Shown: piece by piece, positions 27,802 through 42,943 of the stretch | Layout: each line of letters opens with the position of its first letter | How positions within the stretch are numbered: the stretch's first letter is position 1 | NCBI GenBank assembly: GCA_951406725.2 | Contig: OX597821.1 | Location: 94,798,001-94,862,000, forward strand | Source: Octopus vulgaris | Lineage: Eukaryota | Reading direction: 5' to 3' | DNA length: 64,000 bases | Notes under the pieces: model-generated | Databases searched by the model: none | Told to the model about the DNA's origin: nothing | The model's input: only the letters and a program-made list of their open reading frames with translations | Made by a program: the position numbers and the translations under genes

Positions 27802-27885
27802 ACTTTTTAATCTTCCCGAGCGTTAAAGTAATACATCTGTGCGTTATCTACACCACCTCGTCTATTGTCTTTTCGTTAACCCCCC

Positions 27886-27924
<39 letters not shown>

Positions 27925-27985
27925 TGCACATACACATAAACACACATATTTATATATATACAAACACACATATACACACAGACAT

Positions 27986-28086
<101 letters not shown>

Positions 28087-28099
28087 CATACATACATGC

Positions 28100-28145
<46 letters not shown>

Positions 28146-28671
28146 ATATCATGTGTGAGTGAGTAAGAGAGAGAGAGAGGGGGAGCTAATTATCATTATA
28201 TGTATTTTTTAGTGTATTTCTATATATGAATGACCAATGTGACCCAGCCTAGAATTATGGCCAAAGCAACAACATTTTTCATTATTATATATATTCTTTA
28301 TTACAGTTATTTTGTTTCATTGAGAACTTGTACATACAGCCATTGTTTTTCTCCCAAATACATAATGTATTAATATACGTGTCGTTCTTGTTCGTAGCTG
28401 TTTGCTCGGTTGAGTCATGCGGATAACGTTATATATATAGATTTATTTATTGACTAATCACTTACCTGTGTTGATTGAGTAATCGACTAAACAAGGATTA
28501 CTTACTCCCACATTCAGCAGTCAGGAATTAAAATAACATTATTACATTATTACAATTGATTGAAGAGGTGTGCGTAGGTTTAAACTTACAAAGAAATAGG
28601 CACGTACGTTATGTAAGTGTGTGTACATATATACACACACTCACACACAAACATATATGTATGTATGTATG

Positions 28672-28718
<47 letters not shown>

Positions 28719-28767
28719 TTCAGTATGTGGCAAAATAAATCATTTTACTGAGCCCTAATTATATAAC

Positions 28768-28827
<60 letters not shown>

Positions 28828-28834
28828 CGCGCAT

Positions 28835-29590
<756 letters not shown>

Positions 29591-29592
29591 GA

Positions 29593-29627
<35 letters not shown>

Positions 29628-29635
29628 CATATATA

Positions 29636-30016
29636 CTTGAAATTTACAGAAAAACAAAAGACGAAGACAGGTGTATGAACAACAAGCAGGAGTATTAGTC
29701 TGACGCCCATGAAAGTGAGAAAGTCTTTTACATTTCGAGCCTACGTTCTTCAACAGGAAGGGATAAGAGTAAAATAAACAGAGAGGGAATTTTAAAAACT
29801 TGTGGATTTAGCGATCAAGCATGGCAACTGGTTGAGAAAAAATGGTGTGACAGGAGAGGTAGAAAGAAGGGGAAATAATAAAGTATTGGTGATCCCAAAA
29901 CGAAGGTGCGTGTGCTTGTGTGTATGTGTGTGGATAAGGGATATCGTGGGGTTGTGTACGTGTAGATGTGTCAGTGTGTGCGCCTGTAATGTGTGGATGA
30001 TGGTGTGTGGATATGA

Positions 30017-30020
<4 letters not shown>
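29636..30020 (-). mobile_element. HHR-like short element, CUGUNGA family (copy 2)
   Basis: 29725-29760 reads CUUC-CUGUUGA-A-GAAC(GUAG)GCUC-GAAAU-GUA^AAAG; collinear with 56377-56640; flanked by (TA)n. Confidence 0.7.
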
Positions 30021-30084
<64 letters not shown>

Positions 30085-30111
30085 ATATATATATGTGTGT
30101 ACCAACCACCA

Positions 30112-30445
30112 AACTGGATGGCACTGCATAATACCAAAGGTACCATCTTCTTCAGCTCAGATAAGTATTGCAACAGCTTCAGTTTCAGGGGACAACAACT
30201 GTTTAACACTCTGTCAAGGAACCTAAGAGATCTGCGAGGTGTAGTTGTGGAAACATTCAAAAAGCACCTGGGCACATTTCTATTCGAAATCCCAGATGAG
30301 CCCACATCACGTCAGGAAGCACAAAGAAGAGTAGTTTCGTCCAACTCGCTTTTTCACCAGTACCGAAAGGTGACCCCAAAACACTGAAAAGCAGTGTTCT
30401 ACCATGGCCCCAGCCTCTGGCTAAAACTAGTAAAAGAGTAAAACT
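30112..30445 (+). mobile_element. 3' end of CR1/L2-group LINE
   Basis: YCNSFSFRGQQLFNTLSRNLRDL..FKKHLGTFLFEIPDEP, followed by a CATGGCCCCAGCC..GGCTAAAAC tail. Confidence 0.8.
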
Positions 30446-31288
30446 ATATATATGTGTATATATACACGCAAAGATCATTGTTTTTCCTTCGCTTTTCAGC
30501 TCACAGAGAGGTGTAGCTCATAAATGTTTAGTCCTACATCCCTAATCTGAGCTTCTTGTGAACCTTTACCTACCCTTGCTCCTAATACTCATTTATGTTA
30601 CTGTATGCATTCTATTATTTTATTCATTGATTTCGACCAAGAGACAGTGACCATGCTGGGGCTCCAAGCAACCATAACGATGAAACGTACGTAGAAACTC
30701 ATAATATGAACTTGTGTTTATCGCACGTAACTTCTACATTTCCTCTGTATTTCTTAGTTAGCGATACCACTAACTGTTGTAATTACTTAACCACTATACC
30801 GGAAGGAAACTGGACTATGATAATTGACACTGAGCTCTAAAGATAACAGTAGCAGTCGTACATATATTTGTACTCACAAGATATACTTTATATATATACA
30901 CGCACATGCAAGCACGCACACACATATAAAAGTATATATGAGCAATAAGACGACATCTAGGAATTGTGACCTACATGGGCTCGTCTCCGATGGAATGTGA
31001 GGAACTAACAGGTGGAAACAATTGCTCAACGGGAGTTCTTCATCTGAAGATTTCTCCTGTTGTCTGCTCACCCAGCAGTGAGCTTCCAGTCACTATTTTT
31101 TATACATATTACGAGACATAAACACGCATATTTAATTTATGATGTAACCACAAATAATTCATAATTTGTATGAATATTTGTTGACTACTTTGGTGAAAAT
31201 ACCTCGCGAAATCTAAATATGATGTAGTCTGTGGAATATGCTTTTGTCTTATTACTGACTAACATTTGTGTGTTTGTGTGTATATGTA

Positions 31289-31336
<48 letters not shown>

Positions 31337-31457
31337 TGCGTGTGTGTATGTGTGTGTGTGTCTTTATTTCGCAACGGCTAAATGTAATACTTAAGGTTCA
31401 CAAACATCCAGTACGATGTATGTATCTGTTGTATATATATATATATATAAATAAATG

Positions 31458-31599
31458 AAATTTCTGCACATGAACCCGGAGTTTCTACCCTTGACAGGTC
31501 GCTTCAACCGTGTTTTCTGACGTGAATTTGCTACCCAGGTTTCGGTTAAACGAATTTTTCATGCTGACGATAAACATAGGATAATTCATTCACCTACTT
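31458..31599 (+). mobile_element. Solo terminal fragment of the element at 44910-45476
   Basis: GAACCCGGAGTTTCTACCCTTGACAGGTCGC...CATTCACCTACTTA is nearly identical to 45333-45476; lies in a TA-rich context. Confidence 0.85.
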
Positions 31600-31658
31600 A
31601 TACATATATATATATATATATCATAAATTACACCGTTATTCAGTCGATAGATAGATAA

Positions 31659-31724
<66 letters not shown>

Positions 31725-31776
31725 AAACATCATATAATACGAGTAGCGTTATGAAGCAAAGAGAATATATACATAA

Positions 31777-31832
<56 letters not shown>

Positions 31833-33122
31833 TATACATTATTTCGAGTGCAATATACATAATTTATTACACAATGAGTAATATATTTGGAAGTCGATAA
31901 CTAGCGATATATATGAAAATAAAATATTTGGATTTCATTTATCAATTACTCTGGGCTGCTAGTTTCGACTGAGAGTCATCCGGTCTTGTCACAGAGGTCA
32001 TAAGCAATGAACTGATAGTGGCCAGTAAATATGTAAACTTTCAGTCAAACAAATGCTGGAAGGCTGCCAGTTTGCTTTCGATTAAATATGTTACCTATCA
32101 AGGTGCTGTCGCTGTAGTTCGTGATAGTGGTTCTCCGTCGAAGGCGATGAGGATTCATTTTTTCATTTTTACAGCATAATTACATTATCCAACAACTGGA
32201 ATAGAGATAAAGAATTAATAAAACTCATTGAGTCAATGTGACAATATTATAAGTATTTATGTGTGTGTGTGTATTTCATTTTTGTAGTTGTCTTGCAAGA
32301 CTTTTGAGGTGTGTGTGTGTGTGTGTATGTGTGTGTGTGCATATGTATATGCACATGCATATAGGCAAATGGATATGACAGACGGATGGGTACATTAGTA
32401 ATATGAACAGACAAGCACACATACACACATACACACATACGCAAATGAGGACTAAAACACGTGACCATATAGACACACACTTCACTTCACACAAGGACAC
32501 ATATGGAGACACACAGTCATACATACAGACACAGTACATGGTCACAAACACCCATACACACACAGACACACTCAAACAGACATGCACACACAAGGAGACA
32601 GAGGTACACACGCACATACACACAGGCAAGCACACACACACACACACATAAAAAGGACACACAAACACGAACGCACAAGCAGACAAACACATGAATATGT
32701 AGAATACATACATACATACACACATACATATATACATACGCACACACATACACACACATGTATGCATACATACATACAAACGTACATGCATACATATGTA
32801 TGCGCACATACACTGACCTACGCACGTGCGCACAAACAAACAAAAAGAATGCAGCTTGAATAACAGACAAAGTCAACAACTATTGAAAAGGTTACAAAGC
32901 GCAACAAAAATTTTAGAAAAATAAGTAAATGAGTGGAAATTTTACCGGTGAGTGTGTTAAATCATAAGGCACTAAAATAGAATGACTCTCCCCAGACAGA
33001 ACAGAGTAAAGAAAAAGTTGTGCGTTCTAGCTCGCGGAAGGTGAATGAGGACCACGTCATCATCGAGGATGGACATTTCATCCTTTGTTTAGGTCACAGG
33101 CTATGACAAAAGAATGTTAATA

Positions 33123-33542
33123 CTCTTACTCTTTACTCTTTTACTTGTTTCACTTATTTGACTGCGGCCATGCTGGAGCACCGCCTCTAATCGAGCAACT
33201 CAATTCTTTTTGTAAGCCCAGTACTTATTCCATCGGTTTTTTTTGCCGAACCGCTAAGTGACGGGGACGTAAACACACCAGCATCGGTTGTCAAGCAATG
33301 CTAGGGGACAAACACAGTCACACAAACATACACGCACACTCACATATATATATATATATACATATATACATATATACGACGGGCTTCTTTTTCAGTTTCC
33401 GTCTACCAAATCCACTCACAAGGTTTTGGTCGGCCCGAGGCTATAGTAGAAGACACTTGCCCAAGGTGCCACGCAGTGGGACTGAACCTGGAACCATGTG
33501 GTTGGTAAGCAAGCTACTTACCACACAGCCACTCCTGCGCCT
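33123..33542 (-). mobile_element. SINE family A, full-length
   Basis: Head GGCGCAGGAGTGGCTGTGTGG through to the (GAGTAA)n tail. Confidence 0.93.
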
Positions 33543-34184
33543 AATAAACTAATTTATTTATATATTTTTTAATGCACCGGTTGTATTACTCCTTAGATCT
33601 TAGATTTGTTATTTATTTGATAACACAACTGAAGGGTGATACAACCAGTGCGTGTATTTTAACTGACATTTTTATATGAATATGTATTACGCCTCTGTGT
33701 GTGCGTGTGTGTGTGTGTGTGTAAATATGTATTAATGTGTATATGACATGTCCCATGATTTTGAGCCCATATTAGTTACTTTTATGTTTGAATTCAAATC
33801 CTGCTTTGGTTTCCCCTTATGTTTCATCTTTCGAAAATGAAGAGAAAAAATTATTGTATCATTAGCGAAAATATGTGTACTATTCTAAAAATGATTATCT
33901 TGAAACGACTAAGATAGTAAAATTTGCTAACTGGTGGCGGAATAATGGAATATATCAACCCTGTTATTTGTTCAGAGTTATTGTCATTGATCCCAGAATG
34001 AGAAACAGAAGAATGTTGGTCCTGGTAAAATTTGAAGTCAGGACTGAGAAAAACAGAACTAAACAATGTTACACATGTAGTTTCACGTTTCTCTCACCCA
34101 CAACATCTTAGTTTTTATAAAAATTTCTAAACAGGAATGAGTAAAATAATTCTAGTAGTAGTAGCAGTATAGATAACTACAACA

Positions 34185-34504
34185 ATATCAGTATTTAACT
34201 GGTATGGATTTTCTCAAGACCTGAAAATGAAAATCAAATTCGACCTTGGCGAGATTTGAACTCAGAACGTAAAGGAACACAATTACGTACAATAAGTTTT
34301 TTTTTTCTTCTATAGGAACGACGCCTGAAATTCTGGGGGAGGGTTTAATTGATTACATCGACTCAAGTACTCAACTGGTACTCGTTTTATCGACTCTGAA
34401 AGGATGAACGGCAAAGTCGCCCTCAAAACGTAAACGACGAACGAACGAAATGCCGCTAAGAATTTCGTCCGGCGTGATAATGATTCTGCTAGCCCGCCGC
34501 CTTA
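34185..34504 (-). mobile_element. Two diverged SINE C copies
   Basis: Cores present; head ..TTCTGCTAGCCCGCCGCC. Confidence 0.75.
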
Positions 34505-35131
34505 CCGTTACAAAAATGAGACCCATTTACTCCTATGATACACAGTTTCAACCAGTCATCCTTCTTCATTACTTCCATCAATGACTACTTTCATTAAAAC
34601 AAGGCATCAAAGACTACAAATGCTACAGAAGCATATGGTATCCCGATCGATAAAATTAATTGTTTCGTTCCTTCAGAGGACTTGTACAGTTTATTTAATT
34701 GATTTGGCTAGTATTTATTTTCTCGATTCCGGAAGTCGATCTCGGCGGGTTTCGAGTTCAGAGTTTAAATACACTCCGCAAGTTCTGCAGCTCGACCGCA
34801 GGCATCTTCCTTATACTTGTCACAATAAACGACTATTGTTGTCAGTCGCAAGCCTATCCTGTTTCATTTATTAGAGGCAGCTGCCTAAAGAAATGAATGA
34901 CTGTTTTAAAGAATAGCAAGCGTTTATGAAATACCAAGCTGAAGAGTTTCGTCTGTCGTCATTGCCTCTCATCATCCCACTGTTCCGGTTTGCATAGTTC
35001 AAAGTGAATTTAACTCTGCATCATAAAAAATACCCTGCTAGCCCTGACATCATGATCAAAAGCATACTCACACACACATACATACACACTCACACAGACA
35101 CGTGTATATACGTGTGTATATATATATGTAT

Positions 35132-35201
<70 letters not shown>

Positions 35202-35619
35202 GTATATGGTGTACTATTGTTACGATGAGCAAAAGAGGTGCTCCATCTATGTCTTGCAAACAACTTGCACATGCAAGTGCTACCAGTCAAAAGCTCCGTA
35301 TACCGGAAGCCAGCAAGTGTATTGGGGTCACCAGGAGAGAATGCGCACCGTTTCGGGGCCTACCTCCCGACGGCATCGATGCGTACCGCCCCCCCCCTCA
35401 CTGATATGAGGCCCCGTTTGCTAGATCAGCTGGTTATTATCTAGTTAAATCGAGAGGTAAATATCATTTAATAAATGTGCATTTCTGAGCTTGAACAACT
35501 GCTGGAGATTATACGATTCACTATACAAGTTCGTCTGATTTCTGTACAGCCAGAAAAAGGAACACATAGTACCTTATATTTAAATTCTGTGTTTCTCAAA
35601 CTATATATGTACAAATATA

Positions 35620-35842
35620 TATAATATATAAAGTTAATCCAAACATGAAAACACAAAGAGAAAACACAACAACGCGAAGACGTGGAACAAATATAGTATT
35701 ATTGGACGCTCAGGAAGTAAGGGAAGAAGGAGGGTTTAACGTTTCGAGCGGAGCGCTTCGTCAGAAACATAGGAAAAGGAAAGATCCAGAGAAGGGAAAA
35801 CGGAGGGAAAAAATCGCCAACGGTACACACGTGGTCACATTA
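35620..35842 (-). mobile_element. Short element with a minimal hammerhead ribozyme (35734-35768)
   Basis: GUUU-CUGACGA-A-GCGC(UCC)GCUC-GAAAC-GUU^AAAC: canonical CUGANGA/GAAA core with a palindromic ACGU stem III, typical of PLE minimal HHRs. Confidence 0.75.
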
Positions 35843-35866
35843 TAATATATACATACATATATATGC

Positions 35867-35907
<41 letters not shown>

Positions 35908-35932
35908 CACACATGCACACACACACACAAAC

Positions 35933-36729
<797 letters not shown>

Positions 36730-37149
36730 TTACATACAGAAGACCAAAAAGTGCACGTTCGCTGCTATATGTATGTATAAAAAAGAAAACACAGTGGAAC
36801 AAGAACATTCGAACAGTTAGACGGTACAAAAAAAAAAGGACAAGAAAAAACAGGGACGGGTCTTTCAGTGATTCCTAACCTCAGTCAAGTTCCAGATCAT
36901 CTTTGCAGTTTCGGCCGGTATATATCATGTTTTGATTTGGGTCAAGTTAGACTTTTGCTACTTTGGAAGTGTACAGAGTTTACTCACAAGTGAAACTCAC
37001 TGTAACAAGACGCTGATTCCAACATTAGAACAAACTTAAAATATTATAAATATTTGCTTTAGTATCGAGTACTCTTACTTCCGACTGGCAACACTAAACA
37101 CACACACACACACAGTTATTTTATTTATTCTTTTTATTTTTTATTATTT

Positions 37150-37676
37150 TACTTTCTCAGTCACTTGACTGCGGCCATGCTGGAGTACCGACTTCATGAG
37201 TTTAAGCCGAAGAAATCGACCCCACAACATTTTTTAAAGCCTAGTACATATTCTATCGGTCTCGTCTACTGAACTGCTAAGTAACGGGGACGTAACTATT
37301 TTTAATCGACACACCGTGAAGGTATCCTACGCTAACTCTGCTAATTTGGAGCAGCTTATGCATCGCATTAACAATAGCAAAATGCAACAAAGGTTCAATA
37401 ACCCACCTACTGGATCTAGTTAACATATGCACCTAAATACTAACAAAGGAGATGTAAACCACATTGATAATCATCAACTTCAACCAATTTGTAGTAGTAG
37501 AAATACTTATGGTACAGCTAGCATGATAACAACGCCGGTAAATAAAGTCAGGACTGCTTTATGTAGAAATAAAAACGATAAATGCTCATGTAGGCATAAA
37601 TCAAAATGTCCTTTGTTGAACCCGGAACCATGTGGTTGGGAAGCAAGCTTCTTAACGCGCAGCCACTCCAGCGCCT
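37150..37676 (-). mobile_element. SINE family A whose middle is replaced by a Penelope fragment
   Basis: Tail half at 37150-37296, head half at 37617-37676. Confidence 0.75.
37297..37616 (+). pseudogene. Penelope-like element fragment (linker between RT and GIY-YIG endonuclease)
   Basis: IFNRHTVKVSYANSANLEQLMHRINNSK...KCSCRHKSKCPL matches the PLE FNxxTVKxSY...CxCRxxxxCPL signature. Confidence 0.75.
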
Positions 37677-38161
37677 ATATATATATCTATATATAGACAC
37701 AAACGAGTAAGCACATAAATGCAAAACAAGGTGGAAAAAATAGTACTCGAATACCGAAGGTAGAGTAATTCGTATTCTTTTTGTTAACACTGCAAGAACG
37801 TCACAAAAAACTGTGACTCAGTTTCACGTTCCCGTTCGTAGGACAGTCGCGATCAAGACTCTCTCTCTCATTCTTTCCTCTATCAAATTTCCTTATAAGG
37901 CATTAGCCAACCCTGTGCGATAGTACAAGTCTGAGATTCATTCCTGGAGAGGGTGATCCAATTTTCCACTCCAGCGCCTATATATATATCTATATATAGA
38001 CACAAACGAATAAGCACATAAATACTGAACAAGGTGGAAAAAATAGTACTCGAATACCGAAGGTAGAGTAATTCGTATTCTTTTTGTTAACGCTGCAAGA
38101 ACGTCACAAAAAACTGTGAATCAGTTTCACGTTCCCGTTCGTACGACAGTCGCGCTCAAGA

Positions 38162-38204
<43 letters not shown>

Positions 38205-38293
38205 ACTCTTCCCTCTATCAAATTTCCTTATAAGGCATTAGCCAACCCTGTGCGATAGTACAAGTCTGAGATTCATTCCTGGAGAGAGTGATG
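37664..38293. repeat. Recent ~300-bp tandem duplication containing the HHR-bearing element end
   Basis: CCACTCCAGCGCCTATATATATATC...GAGATTCATTCCTGGAGAG occurs twice; degenerate HHRs at 37810-37847 and 38113-38150 (minus). Confidence 0.9.
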
Positions 38294-38508
38294 CATTGTG
38301 TCCTTGAGTAAGGCATGTAGTCTCAATTTTCCATTCATTCAGTTGAAATATGCATATGCCACCTGCTCTCCAGCGGTCACATCCTGTATTCTCCACTCGG
38401 ACAGGCGTAGGAAAGTGTAGAAGATAATCTGTGTCAGCTCGCAACGGCTTAGGCACTTAAAATTATTGTTGTATATGTAATCATACACGGTTGTGAGTGA
38501 CATCCGTA

Positions 38509-38584
<76 letters not shown>

Positions 38585-38585
<1 letters not shown>

Positions 38586-38815
38586 GCGGTGCCCCAGCAT
38601 GGCCACAGCTCATAGGCTGGAACTGGAATCAATCAATCAATCATATGTATATATATTTACAACGGACTTCATCATAGTTTCCGTCTACCAAATTTACTCA
38701 TAAGCCATTAGTCAGCCCGGAGCTTTAGTGCAAGACAACTGTCCAAGGTGCGATGAAGTGAGACTGAACCTGGAATCATGTAGTTGCAAAACTTCTTTAC
38801 CACAGAGCCTTGCCT
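38585..38815. mobile_element. Orphan LINE/SINE 3' tail (+, 38585-38642) abutting a SINE A 5' half (-)
   Basis: GGCGGTGCCCCAGCATGGCCACAGC..(ATCA)n, then TTTCCGTCTACCAAATTTACTCA..GACTGAACCTGGAA. Confidence 0.7.
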
Positions 38816-39122
38816 ACCTCATAGAAAGTATATAAAAGGAATTTTCTTTTTCGATCTAACCTGACCCCAGACTTTAAAAATCAAGGTTTATAAATAAAGT
38901 TTATTTTTCTCTTTCATTAAAAAAAAATTGATAAATTACTTTAGTCCTAGATTTGACACCAAGGATTTATAAATATATAATTAGAAACATTGTAACGTAC
39001 ATGAGAAAACAACTCTCTGACACAACATGATTTTCCCTATTTCATCTGTATTATATGGTAGTTTTTTCTGTTATTTATTTAATATCATATGGCATCTATC
39101 ATACACTGGACGTGTCGACAGA

Positions 39123-39276
<154 letters not shown>

Positions 39277-39953
39277 TTATTTCATGCTGTGATATTTTCA
39301 TGTATTCCTTATCAAATTAAATCACGTTTAAAAAGAGTGTGATATGTAAATTACTCACTTTTTTTCATTTCCTTCTCTTTTTCCTATATATATAAATATA
39401 CATACATATATGCATTTATAAATACATACGCACATACGCACACACAAGCGCACATACACACATACACACACAAAGAACTTTTAGCTATCGTAAAAATAAA
39501 TCAAAATGGAGGTGGATTAAAATATTTCGTTATTCCCTTATGCAATTTATTATGAGTTATTTATGAACCTCTGCAATTGCCGGGTCTTTGTGACCAGTGT
39601 ATTTATGTACATTACATGCGCGCCTTCATACATACATACATACATACATACATACATACATACATACATACATACATACACACATACATACATACATACA
39701 TACATACATACATACATACATACATACATACATACATACATAAATCGTATGTTTAGACTAAATTTGACAATTTTTATAAAAGGGGAAAGAAGCACAATAT
39801 CCCATCCAAAAATAAAAGTATTTTAAAAATTGAAAAAATATCAACTAGATTATGCCTGGGAGATGATAGTTTATTCAACGTAACGACTTTTAGCTTTCAC
39901 CACGGCCTGAAGACTCTTCTTGAGTTTGGCGCATGCTAATTTATATTGCATAC

Positions 39954-40340
39954 TTGGAGGCGCAATGGCCCAGTGGTTAGGGCAGCGGACTCGCGGTCGT
40001 AGGATCGCGGTTTCGATTCCCAGACCGGGCGTTGTGAGTGTTTATTGAGCGAAAACACCTAAAGCTCCACGAGGCTCCGGCAGGGGATGGTGGTGATCCC
40101 TGCTGTACTCTTTCACTACAACTTTCTCTCACTCTTACTTCCTGTTTCTGTTGTACCTGTATTTCAAAGGGCCGGCCTTGTTACTCTCTGTGTCACGCTG
40201 AATCTCCCTGAGAACTACGTTAAGGGTACACGTGTCTGTGGAGTGCTCAGCCACTTACACGTTAATTTCACGAGCAGGCTGTTCCGTTGATCGGATCAAC
40301 CGGAACCCTCGTCGTCGTAACCGACGGAGTGCTTCCATCC
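39954..40340 (+). mobile_element. SINE family B, full-length with 11-bp TSD
   Basis: TSD ATATTGCATAC at 39943-39953 and 40341-40351; A and B boxes intact. Confidence 0.95.
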
Positions 40341-40652
40341 ATATTGCATACAAAAATAAAAACATACTACATACATACAACTGCTTACAAAAATAGGGAT
40401 TAATGTATAATTCTTTCTATGTTCATAATTTTTTGTTTACAATATTGAAAAAAAACTATGCCACCAAAAAAAAGAAAAGACGTAATTTCTCCAGAAACAA
40501 GTATAAAGCAAGGACGGTTTCACCTCCAACCGTTTGTTATGTCAGTCACCACATACACTGAAACACCATTCTGCTGTGGTGGCCGTAAGGACGGAAAGTT
40601 GCGTAATGTTGTTTACATTAGGAAGTAAATTATTCATTTATTTCAAATATAA

Positions 40653-41066
40653 AGGCGTAGGAGTGGTTGTGTGGTAAGTAGCTTGCTAACTAACCACATG
40701 GTTCCGGGTTCAGTCCCACTGCGTGGCATCTTGGGCAAGTGTCTTCTGCTATAGCCCCGGGCCGACCAATGCCTTGTGAGTGGATTTGGTAGACGGAAAC
40801 TGAAAGAAGCCTGTCGTATATATGTATATATTTATATGTATGTGTTTGTGTGTTTGTGTGTCTGTGTTTGTCCCCCTAGCATTGCTTGACAACCGATGCT
40901 GGTGTGTTTACGTCCCCGTCACTTAGCGGTTCGGCAAAATAGACCGATAGAATAAGTACTGGGCTTACAAAGAATAAGTCCCGGGGTCGATTTTCTCGAC
41001 TAAAGGCGGTGCTCCAGCATGGCCGCAGTCAAATGACTGAAACAAGTAAAAGAGAGAGTAAAGAGT
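40653..41066 (+). mobile_element. SINE family A, full-length
   Basis: Complete head, CORE-like segment, internal microsatellite and tail. Confidence 0.94.
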
Positions 41067-41352
41067 ATAATAGAAATAAAATGATCTTAATGTCATCACA
41101 TTAGAATTAAAAGTGAAAGAATGTAGGTGAAACATTATTATCGCCTTATCGCATTATAGATGATAAGCGGTTTTCTTTATTATAGTACAGATGTGACTAA
41201 TTCAACGAAACATTACTTTCATTACTGAAAAATCGTCACTCAGGTAATGCAACACTTAGTTGAAATTGAAAGTGTGAAACTATTTTCACTTTCTAATGAA
41301 ACCTGGTCGTTGTAGAGCAGTGTCTTTCAAATAGCTATTAGTTAACGTAGAA

Positions 41353-41771
41353 AGGCGAGCGAGCTGGCAGAAACGTTAGCACGCCGGGCGAAATGCGTAG
41401 CCGTATTTCGTCTGCCGTTACGTTCTGAGTTCAAATTCCGCCCAGGTCGACTTTGCCTTTCATCCTTTCGGGGTCGATTAAATAAGTACCAGTTACGCAC
41501 TGGGGTCGATATAATCGACTTAATCCGTTTGTCCGTCCTTGTTTGTCCCCTATATGTTTAGGCCCTTGTGAATAGTAAAGAAATAGGTATTTCGTCTGCC
41601 ATTACGTTCTGAGTTCAAATCCCGCCGAGGTCGACTTTGCCTTTCATCCTTTCGGGGGTCAATTAAATAAGTACCAGTTACGCACTGGGGTCGATATAAT
41701 CGACTTAATCCGTTTGTCAGTCCTTGTCTGTCCTCTCTGTGTTTAGCCCCTTGTGGGTAGTAAAGAAATAG
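41353..41771 (+). mobile_element. SINE family C, full-length plus a tandem 5'-truncated second unit
   Basis: The segment from GTATTTCGTCTGCC to the tail is repeated at 41403-41587 and 41587-41771. Confidence 0.92.
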
Positions 41772-41892
41772 AGATAACGTAGAAAGTCTGAAAATGAAAA
41801 TATAGTTTATTTAGTAGCCCAAACATTACTGAATATTTTGATACCCCATACGTCAAAATGGACAACCCAACTTTGGAATGCATAAGGAACAT

Positions 41893-42278
41893 GGAAGCAC
41901 TCCGTCGGTTACGACGACGAGGGTTCCGGTTGATCCGAATCAACGGAACAGCCTGTTCGTGAAATTAACGTGTAAGTGGCTGAGCACTCCACAGACACGT
42001 GCACCCTTAACGTAGTTCTCGGGGATATTCAGCGTGACACAGAGAGTGACAAGGCCGGCCCTTTGAAATACAGGTACAACAGAAACAGGAAGTAAGAGTG
42101 AGAGAAAGTTGTGGTGAAAGAGTACAGCAGGAATCACCACCATCTCCTGCCGGAGCCTCGTGGAGCTTTTAGGTGTTTTCGTTCAATAAACACTCACAAC
42201 GCCCGGTCTGGGAATCGAAACCGCGATCCTATGACCGCGAGTCCGCTACCCTAACCACTGGGCCATTGCGCCTCCACT
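41893..42278 (-). mobile_element. SINE family B, full-length with 11-bp TSD
   Basis: TSD ATAAGGAACAT at 41882-41892 and 42279-42289. Confidence 0.95.
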
Positions 42279-42909
42279 ATAAGGAACATACGCACACGCA
42301 CACACGCATTCACACTCACACACACATACACCCACACTTTTAGAACTTACATAAAGTATGAAACATCAGCATTTCTCTGTCACCCGCTATCCTTGTCTTT
42401 CATCTTCTCCTATAGAAACTTGTTTTCTGTCTCCGTTTCTTTCTCTTGTCTCTGTTTTTTTCTTTCTCATTTTGTGTTTCTTCCGCTGATTCCGTTAAAA
42501 ATTTATTTGAAGAGAGCAGAAATTGAAAGAAGAGAAAGAGAAAAGGACAGAGAGAAAGAAAGTGAAGGAGATGAACAAGTGAAAGATGTATGTATGTGCA
42601 TATGAAATGGACGTGTGTGTGTACGCGCGTGTGTGTGAAAGAGAGAGAGAGAAAGAGAGAGATAAAGTGAGTGAGTGAAGGTGTGTGTCGTGATGATTGA
42701 TGTCTTTTAACGTACACACACACATAGAAAATGTGACGTCATCATATAAAATGTTTACGATAGTAGATTTATGGAAAAGATTATTATGTTAAATTTTTGA
42801 AATGCAATTTGTGAATGGAAACTAAGTTTAGTTTGTAGCCGAAATAGTACTGAATCTTTTGATACACCATACGTCAAAATCGGTAACTCGGTTTTGAAAT
42901 GCATAAGGA

Positions 42910-42941
<32 letters not shown>

Positions 42942-42943
42942 GT

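Noticed and set aside
39954-40030. tRNA-like sequences at SINE heads
   Set aside because: A and B boxes are present, but they continue into SINE bodies and lack a complete cloverleaf; not tRNA genes.
40087-40290. Recurrent 67-aa ORF MVVIPAVLF.. in four copies
   Set aside because: Lies inside SINE B, so its conservation reflects recent retroposition rather than coding function.
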